Assembly (NCBI GenBank): GCA_002069815.1
Contig: MWCB01000001.1
Coordinates: forward strand, 1,786-65,785
DNA: 64,000 nt
Direction: 5' to 3'
From: Tenericutes bacterium ADurb.Bin239
Lineage (GTDB): Bacteria > Bacillota_I > Bacilli_A > RFN20 > CAG-826
Shown here: piece after piece, positions 17,931 through 27,135 of the stretch
Position numbering within the stretch: position 1 is the stretch's first letter
Layout: the number at the start of each line of letters is the position of its first letter
Made by a program: the position numbers and the translations under genes
The notes under the pieces: generated by a model
Told to the model about the DNA's origin: nothing
What the model saw: only the letters and a program-made list of their open reading frames with translations
Databases searched by the model: none

Positions 17931-19781
17931 TTACTTAAAAAGTTTGTCTAATTCCTCGTTATCTTGTTCGATAAATTTAGCGCCAACGATAAAGGCCATT
18001 ACGTGGCGTCCTGTAACTGGTTTATGATCGGGAGTATATTTGCTTAGATATTCACCAATCTTATCAAAGAATGATTGATCTTTGGCTTTTTTAACATTTT
18101 CTTGATCAAGGACTTTAATGGTGGCATGCGATTCTCTTTCAACTGGAATATATTCAGTCCATGGGACGGGAACCATATGGACACTGCCATTCCCCGCCGT
18201 TTTAGCGACGTAATCGACCCGTTCAACGGTGGTAAAGCCGTGACTTGTAACACTAACGGTATCAAAGTCTTTTCCTTTTTGCACAATCTTCGTTTTCAAA
18301 ATGTTTTGGGTATGACTATCAGGATGACTAAAAGCACTACTTGGGAATTGGTTTACTGTTGATTCATGTTCATAGAATGAAAGGTGCGATTGATATTCTT
18401 TTTCATAAATAAATTCGTGCGGTTTATGTTGTTGATAGAGAGGAATTGCTAAAACAGGGGCAATATTGAAATAGAAACGATGGAGATAGTCATTATTGTA
18501 GTTAACAAATCTCCGCCTAATTTCTTGATTATCATAATGATAGTAATTTTGCGGATCACCGCTATAATCAAAAACTTGTGAGTGGTGGGACCGAATCATA
18601 TTTAAGTTTTTATTTTTAAAGAATTGGAAATTATCACCAAAACCAACGGTTTTATCTTTAATTAAGTCTAAAATTTCACTTTGACCTAACGCAGTAAATA
18701 GTAAGCGATATTCAAGTTCATGGTTTCGGTCATAAGCGTTAAAAAGCGCTTCAAATTCAGTATTGCCAATTGGTGTAAATTGTCGACCTTGTTTAAGCGC
18801 TTTTGCACTTATTTTTTCCATTTCTCGCTTTTCTTTTTCCACGAAACGGCGCAGACTCTTTTCAGTCCAATCAAGTGGTAATTGCGGATAACGCGTAAAC
18901 ACTAAATTAGGGGCCGCTTCATTTCCGTAAATAATATAAGTATCGTTATCATAATACGGACAAGGTTTATTGACCGTCGCGACTAATGTCTCACTTCTTG
19001 TTTCACGACGCGCCTTCCCATCAACGTAAACAGTGACCGTATAAGTAACAACGAGTGAACCGCGATATGTTTTAGTGCCCATAGTCATATTGAGCACGCG
19101 AGCAAGCAAGAACGGATTACCTTGAATTTCGCCTGATTGCACAAATAGCGCTGATTCATTATCGGGGGTAAAATCGCCTAACCCATATTTGCGCACTAAG
19201 TAGTCTAGTCGTCGTGCATCAAAATAAGGATCCATCGTTAGGATTGGAATTGTTTTTTCCACTAGCATGGGGGTCATATTCGCATCAAATAGAGCGTTTA
19301 ACGGATTAACTTGGGACCATGCGAGACTAACTTTTGCTTCACGTTGCTCAATAAGAGCGCTAAGTCTAGTTTGCGAATCACGAATGCGCGGTTTGATTTT
19401 TTTACGAACAACCACAATCGTTGTGATTGCTAGGGCTAATCCAAGAACAGCGATGATGACGCGCGCGAAGGTTGGCATTTTTAATAGGTCTTCGTTATTT
19501 GGTGTGGAAAGCACAAGGAAAGCAATAAAAATAATAAAACCAACGATCGTTAAAAATAAAAGGAAGGCCTGCAAAGCACGCGCTTTACCAAGAGCCTTTT
19601 CTTCATTAGCGATTTTGCCGTTTAACGTATTAATTTCTTTAACCGTAAAATCATTTTCTTCAACATTGATTGCACTTTTCTTTAGTAACTCGTCAAAAAA
19701 CTTATTTACATTTTCATTGTGTAAGCCTTTAAAGCGATCACGATATTCCTCAAGCGGATCAAATATTAGTTGTTTGCTCAT
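17931..19781 (-). CDS. Large 2-TM membrane protein, LemA partner (DUF3137-like C-terminal domain, tentative)
   Basis: 616 aa. N-terminal helical region, two TM helices (about residues 72-92 and 105-125) and a ~480 aa C-terminal domain. The segment NTEFEALFNAYDRNHELEYRLLFTALGQSEILDL resembles LemA-associated DUF3137 proteins (memory only). Confidence 0.55.
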   Translation of the reverse strand: MSKQLIFDPLEEYRDRFKGLHNENVNKFFDELLKKSAINVEENDFTVKEINTLNGKIANEEKALGKARALQAFLLFLTIVGFIIFIAFLVLSTPNNEDLLKMPTFARVIIAVLGLALAITTIVVVRKKIKPRIRDSQTRLSALIEQREAKVSLAWSQVNPLNALFDANMTPMLVEKTIPILTMDPYFDARRLDYLVRKYGLGDFTPDNESALFVQSGEIQGNPFLLARVLNMTMGTKTYRGSLVVTYTVTVYVDGKARRETRSETLVATVNKPCPYYDNDTYIIYGNEAAPNLVFTRYPQLPLDWTEKSLRRFVEKEKREMEKISAKALKQGRQFTPIGNTEFEALFNAYDRNHELEYRLLFTALGQSEILDLIKDKTVGFGDNFQFFKNKNLNMIRSHHSQVFDYSGDPQNYYHYDNQEIRRRFVNYNNDYLHRFYFNIAPVLAIPLYQQHKPHEFIYEKEYQSHLSFYEHESTVNQFPSSAFSHPDSHTQNILKTKIVQKGKDFDTVSVTSHGFTTVERVDYVAKTAGNGSVHMVPVPWTEYIPVERESHATIKVLDQENVKKAKDQSFFDKIGEYLSKYTPDHKPVTGRHVMAFIVGAKFIEQDNEELDKLFK

Positions 19782-19840
19782 AGTTTAATTATAACAAAGG
19801 TGCGATTAGATGGTGCCTAAAACAAATAATTTCTTGCAAA

Positions 19841-20155
19841 TTAATTACTGTCAATAAAACGAATAAGTGGTTCGTAACCAACATAACCGACTCTCGTGCC
19901 AACTGGCTTTCCGTTTTTAAAAAGTTTCATGGTTGGAATCGAAAAGACACTAAATTGTTGCGCAAGTGAACCAAAGTCATCAACATTGACTTTTAAAATG
20001 GTAACATCTTTACGGTTTTCATTAAGTTTATCAAGAACGGGACCAAGCATTCGGCAAGGACCGCACCAATCAGCGTAAAAGTCGACTAAGACGACTCCGT
20101 TTGCAATAATATCTTTAAAATCAGCAGCGTTTCCTAAGTATTTAATCATAAGCAC
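19841..20155 (-). CDS. trxA: Thioredoxin
   Basis: 104 aa with the WCGPC active site. Confidence 0.95.
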   Translation of the reverse strand: MLMIKYLGNAADFKDIIANGVVLVDFYADWCGPCRMLGPVLDKLNENRKDVTILKVNVDDFGSLAQQFSVFSIPTMKLFKNGKPVGTRVGYVGYEPLIRFIDSN

Positions 20156-20161
20156 CTCCTC

Positions 20162-20995
20162 TTAAATTAGTGACAATAGCGCTAAAAGCACTACATGAAC
20201 GGGATAGAAGGCATAATAGATAAGGCGCCAAGCTTTACTACTATGTCCTAACTCTCCATTATAAAGTAACAAGAGCGGAATCCCTAAGAGCGAGAAACTT
20301 TGTAACGCTACATCAGGTATTTCACTATTGTATACGCTTAAAATATACCAAATGACACTGATGAATAAAAGAGAAACGCAACTTGCGACATTATACACAT
20401 GCTGTGCGCCTTTTTGGGCAGCGTTTTCAACATTTGCTTCTTCAATTTGGGTGGGAGTCGGGTACTCTTTAAGTAAGTAGTTAGTAAACTTGCGGGCTAC
20501 GTAAAAGCCAATGATAACCGCTAAGCCAAAGATGCCTTGGTCTCCGGCAAAGGCAATAAGCCAAGCGTTATCAATAAAATGAATGAGGATATTCATCGTT
20601 AAGACAGCGAGAAAGGGAAGTAGATAATACACTTTCTGCCATTCTTTTCTTTCCAAATAGACGAGTAAACTAGCGGCACCACCTAGTGTTGCAAAAATGT
20701 TTTTAAATTCAAGGACGGGATCATAAAATAGCACACCAACAATCATCACTTGCAAAATCAAATACAAGGATAAAAGTCGAAATAAGTATTTATTACTATT
20801 CTTAGTGTAAACTACTCCTTCACTAATGAAAAAAGCATAAAGAACAAAAGCAATCCGTCCGATAATACGCATAACTGTATAAATGGTGAAAGTTGGATTA
20901 ACAAAAACAAGGGCAACATGATCAATAACAACCGCCACTATTGCCATTATTCTGAGTGTGAATGAATTTAGTATTAAATGCTTATTGGCTCGCAT
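20162..20995 (-). CDS. TraX family membrane protein
   Basis: 277 aa, polytopic. The N-terminal FTLRIMAIVAVVIDHVALVF matches the TraX-family signature (LK..A...M..DH). Confidence 0.65.
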   Translation of the reverse strand: MRANKHLILNSFTLRIMAIVAVVIDHVALVFVNPTFTIYTVMRIIGRIAFVLYAFFISEGVVYTKNSNKYLFRLLSLYLILQVMIVGVLFYDPVLEFKNIFATLGGAASLLVYLERKEWQKVYYLLPFLAVLTMNILIHFIDNAWLIAFAGDQGIFGLAVIIGFYVARKFTNYLLKEYPTPTQIEEANVENAAQKGAQHVYNVASCVSLLFISVIWYILSVYNSEIPDVALQSFSLLGIPLLLLYNGELGHSSKAWRLIYYAFYPVHVVLLALLSLI

Positions 20996-21803
20996 ATAAA
21001 GTAGCTAGTGAAATAATATAAGACACTAAGTTATTAGTGATATGCGCAACTGTCGAACCAGCCAAACCTTCTTTTTCATAGATAAAACAAAACACTAATC
21101 CACTGACTATATAACCAGGTATATTAATAAACTCCTCAATTAATTTGGCATAATCAACCGTATTAGCGTCCGTCATTGGAACATTAAAGTGAAGGAAACC
21201 AAAAACGAGTGCACTAATAATGTAAGCCGCAATGTTATTTTTCTTAGCGATAGCTGCAAATAATCCAAAACGATATGTTAATTCTTCGACGATTGGTCCT
21301 AGCAATACTATCCACAGAAAAGAACTAACAGGGTAGCGCGAAAGTATCAAATTAATCGTTTGTTGATTTAAGTTTTCTTCGGCTTTACCAAAGATAATTT
21401 GCATTAATAAAGTCGTAGTAACAGAAGTAATAATAACAATAAAACCATAAAATATACCACGAAGATATGGCTTAATTTCTGTAAATTGTTTAACAAGCGG
21501 AGCAAGGGATTTGGTCAATAATAAAAATCCAACAAAAGCGGTAAAGGTTATGACATAAGTCAAAAAGTTAGTCCAAGCATGAAAAGCAATTTCATCATCT
21601 GCTCCAAACGCAGCTTCCATAATGATTTGAACGATAAAAATAGTTAGCACTAACACAATCAAACCAAAAGCAAACGCCAAGTAATTAATCCGTGCGCTAT
21701 CCTTTGGCTTTCGGTTTTGCGGAAGCGGTTCAAGCATAAAAGTTACTTGACTACGCTCACTTTCATTACTTACTTCATTAATATTTTTTTCTTCATCTTG
21801 CAT
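20982..21803 (-). CDS. CPBP family intramembrane glutamic endopeptidase (CAAX protease / Abi family)
   Basis: 273 aa with the three CPBP motifs EELTYRF, FGFLH and HITNN. Confidence 0.85.
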   Translation of the reverse strand: MQDEEKNINEVSNESERSQVTFMLEPLPQNRKPKDSARINYLAFAFGLIVLVLTIFIVQIIMEAAFGADDEIAFHAWTNFLTYVITFTAFVGFLLLTKSLAPLVKQFTEIKPYLRGIFYGFIVIITSVTTTLLMQIIFGKAEENLNQQTINLILSRYPVSSFLWIVLLGPIVEELTYRFGLFAAIAKKNNIAAYIISALVFGFLHFNVPMTDANTVDYAKLIEEFINIPGYIVSGLVFCFIYEKEGLAGSTVAHITNNLVSYIISLATLYASQ

Positions 21804-21878
21804 ACATTAAGATTATAACATTCTGACAATTTTTACGATACTAAAGCAAAAATAAATAATTCTTGATAGAATTAAACT

Positions 21879-22487
21879 ATGGGTTATGTCATAAATAAAA
21901 GTTATGTAAACGAAATAGTTGTGGAGAAATCACGATTTATTGCTCTTTTGCATCCACTTAGTAGCGACGAAGATTTTGATGATCACTTTGAAAAATCAAA
22001 AAAGACATATCGTGACGCTAGGCACTATACTTTTGCTTTTAGATATGGCAACTTAGAAAAATGTAGTGATGATGGTGAACCGCAAAACACCGCGGGATTA
22101 CCGCTTTTAAATCTACTCAAAAATCATAATTTAGTGAATACTGCAATCATTGTTGTCCGTTATTTCGGCGGAAAAAAACTTGGGGCAGGACGTCTTCTTC
22201 GCACCTATGTTGACGCTGGTAACAAGGTTATTTTACTAGCGGATAAATACTTAGAATTACCAGCCTTTCAATATGAAATTAGTGTCCCAATTAGTGATTA
22301 TGAAAGAACTAGACACTACTTAGAAAAAGATGGATATGTTATTGATGAAAGTGATTTTAGTGAAATTGATGTTAGGGTTTTAGTACGGGTAAGCAAAGAT
22401 AACGAAGAATCATTTGAAAGCCTATATAATGTGATAAGTAAAAAAGAAACAGTCATGCATAGGAAATATCGAGATGAACAAGAATGA
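21879..22487 (+). CDS. yigZ: YigZ / IMPACT family protein
   Basis: 202 aa. EKSRFIA, DARHYTFAF, SDDGEPQNTAG and VVRYFGGKKLG match the UPF0029/IMPACT N-domain. Confidence 0.85.
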   Translation: MGYVINKSYVNEIVVEKSRFIALLHPLSSDEDFDDHFEKSKKTYRDARHYTFAFRYGNLEKCSDDGEPQNTAGLPLLNLLKNHNLVNTAIIVVRYFGGKKLGAGRLLRTYVDAGNKVILLADKYLELPAFQYEISVPISDYERTRHYLEKDGYVIDESDFSEIDVRVLVRVSKDNEESFESLYNVISKKETVMHRKYRDEQE

Positions 22488-23238
22488 TAAAAGCAATATT
22501 AACCATATAATCGGTATTGTTTCCGGTAAAGGCGGAGTTGGTAAAAGTTATGTAACGGGCTCTTTAGCGGTCGAACTTGCAAAGCAAGGTTATCGTGTCG
22601 GAATATTAGACGGGGATGTTACTGGCCCCTCTATTCCGCATATGTTTAATATTGATAGCGGTGTTTATGGTGATGAGGAAATTATATATCCCGCCGCGAG
22701 TAAAGTCTTCCACATTAAAATAATATCAAGTGCCCTTCTGCTTGCTCACGATGAAGATCCAATTATGTGGCGCGGTCCTTTAATTGGTAGCCTTGTTACC
22801 CAGTTTTACACCACAGTTAATTGGGGTGAATTAGATTATTTATTAATCGACTTCCCACCAGGGACTAGTGATGTCGCCATCAGTGCGTTTGCGAATATTC
22901 CAGTCGATGGTATCATTCTCGTAACTACTCCACAACAAATGGTTCAACAAATTGTGAAAAAAACTTACAAGATGGCCAAAGAGATGAAAGTAAAGTTAAT
23001 TGGTGTTATTGAAAACATGGCTTATATTGTCTTACCCGAAAGCAAAGAAAAGTATTATCTATACGGCCAAAATAAGTTGGAAAATTTACAAAAAACATTT
23101 CCAATTAAGGTTTTAGGATCACTTCCCTTGCTACCAGCGAATACAAAACTTGTCGATGAAGGTAAAATAGAAGTAACCGATACCAGTGCATTTACAAATG
23201 TAGTTGAATCACTAATAAAGGAGTTGGAATATGAATAA
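22474..23238 (+). CDS. Mrp/NBP35 (ApbC) family ATP-binding Fe-S cluster carrier
   Basis: 254 aa with the deviant Walker A SGKGGVGKS, plus DFPPGTSD and IENM motifs. Confidence 0.85.
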   Translation: MNKNDKSNINHIIGIVSGKGGVGKSYVTGSLAVELAKQGYRVGILDGDVTGPSIPHMFNIDSGVYGDEEIIYPAASKVFHIKIISSALLLAHDEDPIMWRGPLIGSLVTQFYTTVNWGELDYLLIDFPPGTSDVAISAFANIPVDGIILVTTPQQMVQQIVKKTYKMAKEMKVKLIGVIENMAYIVLPESKEKYYLYGQNKLENLQKTFPIKVLGSLPLLPANTKLVDEGKIEVTDTSAFTNVVESLIKELEYE

Positions 23239-24442
23239 ATATAAAGAAAGACGCGAACGGCTTTATAAAAAGCTCGCGAATGATAGTGCCCTTATTCTTT
23301 TTAGTGGCAGTGAAATAAAGAAAAGTGCGGATGCATTTTATGATTTTGAAGTTAATCGCAATTTCTTTTATTTAACGGGTATTAAACAAGAAGGCTCAAT
23401 TTTATTTGTAACTAAAATCCGCAGTAAAATTAAAGAAACTATTTTAACGAGTCCTTATGACGCTCATAAAGAAATATGGACCGGTCGGCGGTTGAAACCA
23501 AGTTCCGCGACTGAAATATGTGGTATTGAAAACTATAAGAGCACTGATGAATTTGACACTTTGCTTAAAACCTTAGAAGGCAAAGTTACCACTATTTACC
23601 TTGATCAAGAACCTGGTATCTTAACACACACAGGGATGCTAACAACACGTTTTGCTCTGCAAATCGGGGGTATTCCTGAGACGAAGGTCGAAAATGTTTA
23701 TCCTTTAATCGTTCGGATGCGGATGGTAAAAGATGAAGTAGAAATACAGTTAATCAGAGATAGTATTGCGCTTACTGGTAAAGCTTTAAGTCACGCTCTT
23801 ACTAAAATTAAACCAGGAGCGTATGAATATGAAATTGCGGCCGCTTTTGAATATAAGATTAAAAAAGCACATGGAAAACTTGGGTTTAGTACTATTGCGG
23901 CAACAGGCGATAATGCCGTTATCTTGCACTATCCGAATTTAGGTTCTAAACTTGAACCTGGTCAATTACTTCTTCTTGACTTAGGTGGACATAACAATAT
24001 GTATACCGCTGATATATCAAGAACTATTCCGGTCAGTGGCAAATTTACGCCTCTCCAAGTTACGGTTTATGAAATCGTTCTCGCGTGCAATAAAGCTGTC
24101 ATTAATTTTATTAGACCAGGCAAGACGATTATGGATTTACAAAATTATACACGTGAATTTCTTAAGGACCGCTTAGTGAAGGCTAAATTAATGGACCCAA
24201 GTGAAGATATTAGCAACTACTATTATCATGGTGTCAGTCATCACTTAGGACTTGATACGCATGATCCAAGTGATCGCGCTTTACCGCTAGAAAAAGGTAA
24301 TGTAATCACAGTAGAACCAGGACTCTATTTTGCTAAGCACGGTATTGGAGTCCGGATTGAGGATAATATCCTTATTACGGAAAAAGGGGCCGAGAACTTG
24401 TCAATTAGTATTCCCAAAGAAATAAAGGAGATTATTAGTTAA
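23231..24442 (+). CDS. pepP: Xaa-Pro aminopeptidase (M24B family)
   Basis: 403 aa with an AMP_N-like N-domain (NRNFFYLTG). M24 metal ligand motifs are DLGG..YTADISRT, HGVSHHLGLDTHD, VEPGLY and RIED. Confidence 0.85.
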   Translation: MNKYKERRERLYKKLANDSALILFSGSEIKKSADAFYDFEVNRNFFYLTGIKQEGSILFVTKIRSKIKETILTSPYDAHKEIWTGRRLKPSSATEICGIENYKSTDEFDTLLKTLEGKVTTIYLDQEPGILTHTGMLTTRFALQIGGIPETKVENVYPLIVRMRMVKDEVEIQLIRDSIALTGKALSHALTKIKPGAYEYEIAAAFEYKIKKAHGKLGFSTIAATGDNAVILHYPNLGSKLEPGQLLLLDLGGHNNMYTADISRTIPVSGKFTPLQVTVYEIVLACNKAVINFIRPGKTIMDLQNYTREFLKDRLVKAKLMDPSEDISNYYYHGVSHHLGLDTHDPSDRALPLEKGNVITVEPGLYFAKHGIGVRIEDNILITEKGAENLSISIPKEIKEIIS

Positions 24443-25926
24443 TGGAAAAATATATTTTAACAATTGACCAAGGGACAACCTCGACTAGAGCTATGCTCTT
24501 TGATAAAAACGCGGAAATTGCTTTTATCGCCCAAGAGGAAGTAAAGTGTTATTTTCCAAAGCCAGGATATGTTGAACAAGATGCAATTGAGTTATGGCTT
24601 AGTGTCCTTAGTGTCATTAACCAAGTGCTGATTAAAGCAAATCTAACCTTTTATCATATCGCGGCAATGGGAATTACTAATCAACGCGAAACAACGATTG
24701 TATGGGATCGAAACACAGGAATGCCTGTCGCTAATGCGATTGTGTGGCAAAGTCGACAGAGCGCTAATATTTGTAATAATCTTAGTAAACATAAAAATAT
24801 GATTCATAAGAAAACAGGCTTACTTATCAATCCATACTTTAGTGCAAGTAAAATTCGCTATATTTTAGACCATTTGCCGAGCGGGCAAGCGCGCGCAGAA
24901 GCTGGTGAACTTATGTTTGGCACTGTCGATACTTGGTTAATTTACAAATTAACAAATGAAACACGCCATGTTACCGATATTACGAATGCTTCACGAACGA
25001 TGTTATTTAACATTAATACTTTAGACTGGGATGATGAAATCCTGAAAGTATTTAATATTCCGAAAAGTATGTTACCTAAAGTATTAGCGAGCGCTGATGA
25101 TTTTGGCGAAACAAGTTATTTCCACAATACTATTCCAATCGCGGGGGTTGCAGGTGACCAACAAGCTGCCCTTTTTGGGCAAATGTGCTTAAAGCCAGGC
25201 GATGCGAAAAATACATATGGCACTGGTTGCTTTATGTTAATGAACATTGGTGACAAAGTGCATCTTTCCAAAAACGGATTGTTAACTACAGTAGCGTGGA
25301 AGATTGGCGATAGAGTCACTTATGCGCTTGAAGGGAGCGTGTTTATGGGTGGTGCAAGTGTCCAATGGTTGCGCGACCAACTTAAATTGTTTAGAAACGC
25401 GGCCGATACGGAAGAAATGGCGTACGCTGCCACGCAAAATGATAACATTTATTTTGTTCCAGCTTTTGTTGGATTAGGTACACCCTACTGGGATGATAAT
25501 GCCCGGGGGGCTATTTTTGGTCTAACAAGAGAGGCGAGCAGATTAGAAATAGCAAGAGCCACCTTAGAAGCTATTGCGTATCAATCACGCGATGTCTTTG
25601 ACATTATGATTAAAGAATCAAAACAAGACTTAAAAGTTTTAAGTGTTGATGGCGGCGCATCGGTCAATAACTATTTGATGCAATTCCAAGCTGATATTTT
25701 AAATACCACTATCCGTGTTCCTAAAGTTTATGAAACAACTTCACTTGGTGTTTGCTATTTAGCGGGACTTCACGTTGGTTTCTTTCCATCAATTAGAACA
25801 ATTACCAGGATTCACGAATATACTCGGACATACAAACCTAAAATGGCTGAAAAAGAACGGGAAGACAAGTACGCTGGTTGGAAAAAAGCAGTACGGGCCG
25901 TCCTTACTTTTAGTAAAGAAGAGTAA
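24442..25926 (+). CDS. glpK: Glycerol kinase
   Basis: 494 aa with IDQGTTSTR, NQRETT, GDQQAALFGQ and VDGGAS motifs. Confidence 0.95.
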   Translation: MEKYILTIDQGTTSTRAMLFDKNAEIAFIAQEEVKCYFPKPGYVEQDAIELWLSVLSVINQVLIKANLTFYHIAAMGITNQRETTIVWDRNTGMPVANAIVWQSRQSANICNNLSKHKNMIHKKTGLLINPYFSASKIRYILDHLPSGQARAEAGELMFGTVDTWLIYKLTNETRHVTDITNASRTMLFNINTLDWDDEILKVFNIPKSMLPKVLASADDFGETSYFHNTIPIAGVAGDQQAALFGQMCLKPGDAKNTYGTGCFMLMNIGDKVHLSKNGLLTTVAWKIGDRVTYALEGSVFMGGASVQWLRDQLKLFRNAADTEEMAYAATQNDNIYFVPAFVGLGTPYWDDNARGAIFGLTREASRLEIARATLEAIAYQSRDVFDIMIKESKQDLKVLSVDGGASVNNYLMQFQADILNTTIRVPKVYETTSLGVCYLAGLHVGFFPSIRTITRIHEYTRTYKPKMAEKEREDKYAGWKKAVRAVLTFSKEE

Positions 25927-26021
25927 AATTAATACAATTCACATTTCGTAAATTTTAAATTTTTTTATAAAAATAGTATATCGGTAATTATTTCTTGATA
26001 TAATTAAGTGTAAGGAGGTAA

Positions 26022-26987
26022 ATGATGATGATGAAAGGTTGGCAATTTACAAAAACTAACGCCCCTTTGACGTTAGTAGAAAAAGAAATCCCCAAAGCTT
26101 TACCTGGGGAAGTTGTGATTAAGACAGGAGCATGCGGGCTCTGTCATAGTGATGTTGGAGTGTTGCGCGATGAAGGGTGGCTTAGTATGATGAAAGTCCC
26201 CATCATAATGGGACATGAATGCGCTGGTACAATTATTGAAGTTGGAAAAGGTGTTAAGGACTTTAAAGTCGGTGATCGCGTCGCTATTTGTCCAACTGGT
26301 CCTTCGGGTAAAGGAGCCCCAGGGTATCTATATGATGGCGGTTTTGGCACGCATGTTCAGGCTAACGCTCAAGATTTAGTTCTCGTACCTGAAGGACTAA
26401 CAATGGCCGAAGCTGCGGCAGCTACGGATGCTGGGATGACTTCTTATCACGCCATATTTACAATTGGGAAAGCTCGTCCTGATATGAATATTGCGTTAAT
26501 TGGCATTGGTGGCTTAGGGCAATTTGGGCTCCAAACTTTACTAGCGTCTGGTTTTAAAAACGTTTATGCTGTTGACATTAGTGAAGCAGCCCTCGAGTTA
26601 GCGCAAAAAATAGGCGCTAAAAAAGTAGTGCGCAACATTAAAGACCTAAAAGATAAAAACTTAGATTTAATTGTTGATTTTGCTGGTTTTGGTATTACCA
26701 CGACCGAGGCCATTGAAACCGTAGTCCACGGTGGTACTGTTGTTTTAGTCGGTATGGGTCGCTTAGAGTTTAAGGTAAATGTTGCTGATTTTATCGTTGG
26801 CCAAAAACGGGTTCTAGCTTCTATTGGCGGAACAAAGGAAGGTATTGCCGCTATTTATGAATTGATGAAGAGTGGTAAATTAACTCCTAAACTGACCAAG
26901 ATTAAACCAAGTGAAATTCCCGAAGGAATATTATTACTTGAACAAGGTAAAGTTCAAGGTCGGCTGGTCGCATGTTACGAAGAGTAG
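26022..26987 (+). CDS. Zinc-dependent alcohol dehydrogenase family oxidoreductase (MDR superfamily)
   Basis: 321 aa with CGLCHSD and GHECAG zinc-ligand motifs and a Rossmann GIGGLG. AGGAGG RBS upstream. Confidence 0.85.
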   Translation: MMMMKGWQFTKTNAPLTLVEKEIPKALPGEVVIKTGACGLCHSDVGVLRDEGWLSMMKVPIIMGHECAGTIIEVGKGVKDFKVGDRVAICPTGPSGKGAPGYLYDGGFGTHVQANAQDLVLVPEGLTMAEAAAATDAGMTSYHAIFTIGKARPDMNIALIGIGGLGQFGLQTLLASGFKNVYAVDISEAALELAQKIGAKKVVRNIKDLKDKNLDLIVDFAGFGITTTEAIETVVHGGTVVLVGMGRLEFKVNVADFIVGQKRVLASIGGTKEGIAAIYELMKSGKLTPKLTKIKPSEIPEGILLLEQGKVQGRLVACYEE

Positions 26988-27018
26988 TGATACTTTTATT
27001 TGGTTTATCTTAAAATAT

Positions 27019-27050
27019 ACCGCTGGTTGCCTCAATCAGCGGTTTTTTTA
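27019..27050 (+). terminator. Rho-independent terminator after the dehydrogenase gene
   Basis: ACCGCTG-(11 nt)-CAGCGGT followed by TTTTTTT. Confidence 0.75.
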
Positions 27051-27135
27051 TAAAGTTCTAAGTTATATTAACATTGTTAATAAAACTATAGAAAAATTAG
27101 TCAAAAAATGGTGTTGTTTGTTATAATCAAGATAT

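Noticed and set aside
19267-19788. 173 aa ORF on the + strand.
   Set aside because: It is entirely antisense to the 616 aa gene, has a low-complexity R/S/K/F-rich translation and has no RBS. This is typical of a spurious antisense ORF in AT-rich DNA.
19782-19840. Possible terminator between trxA and the 616 aa gene.
   Set aside because: The GGTGC elements are direct repeats, not inverted, so no convincing hairpin or U-tract exists. Only a possible extended -10 was noted.
26911-27126. 71 aa + strand ORF spanning the dehydrogenase 3' end and the intergenic region.
   Set aside because: It runs through a clear rho-independent terminator (27019-27050) and has no RBS.
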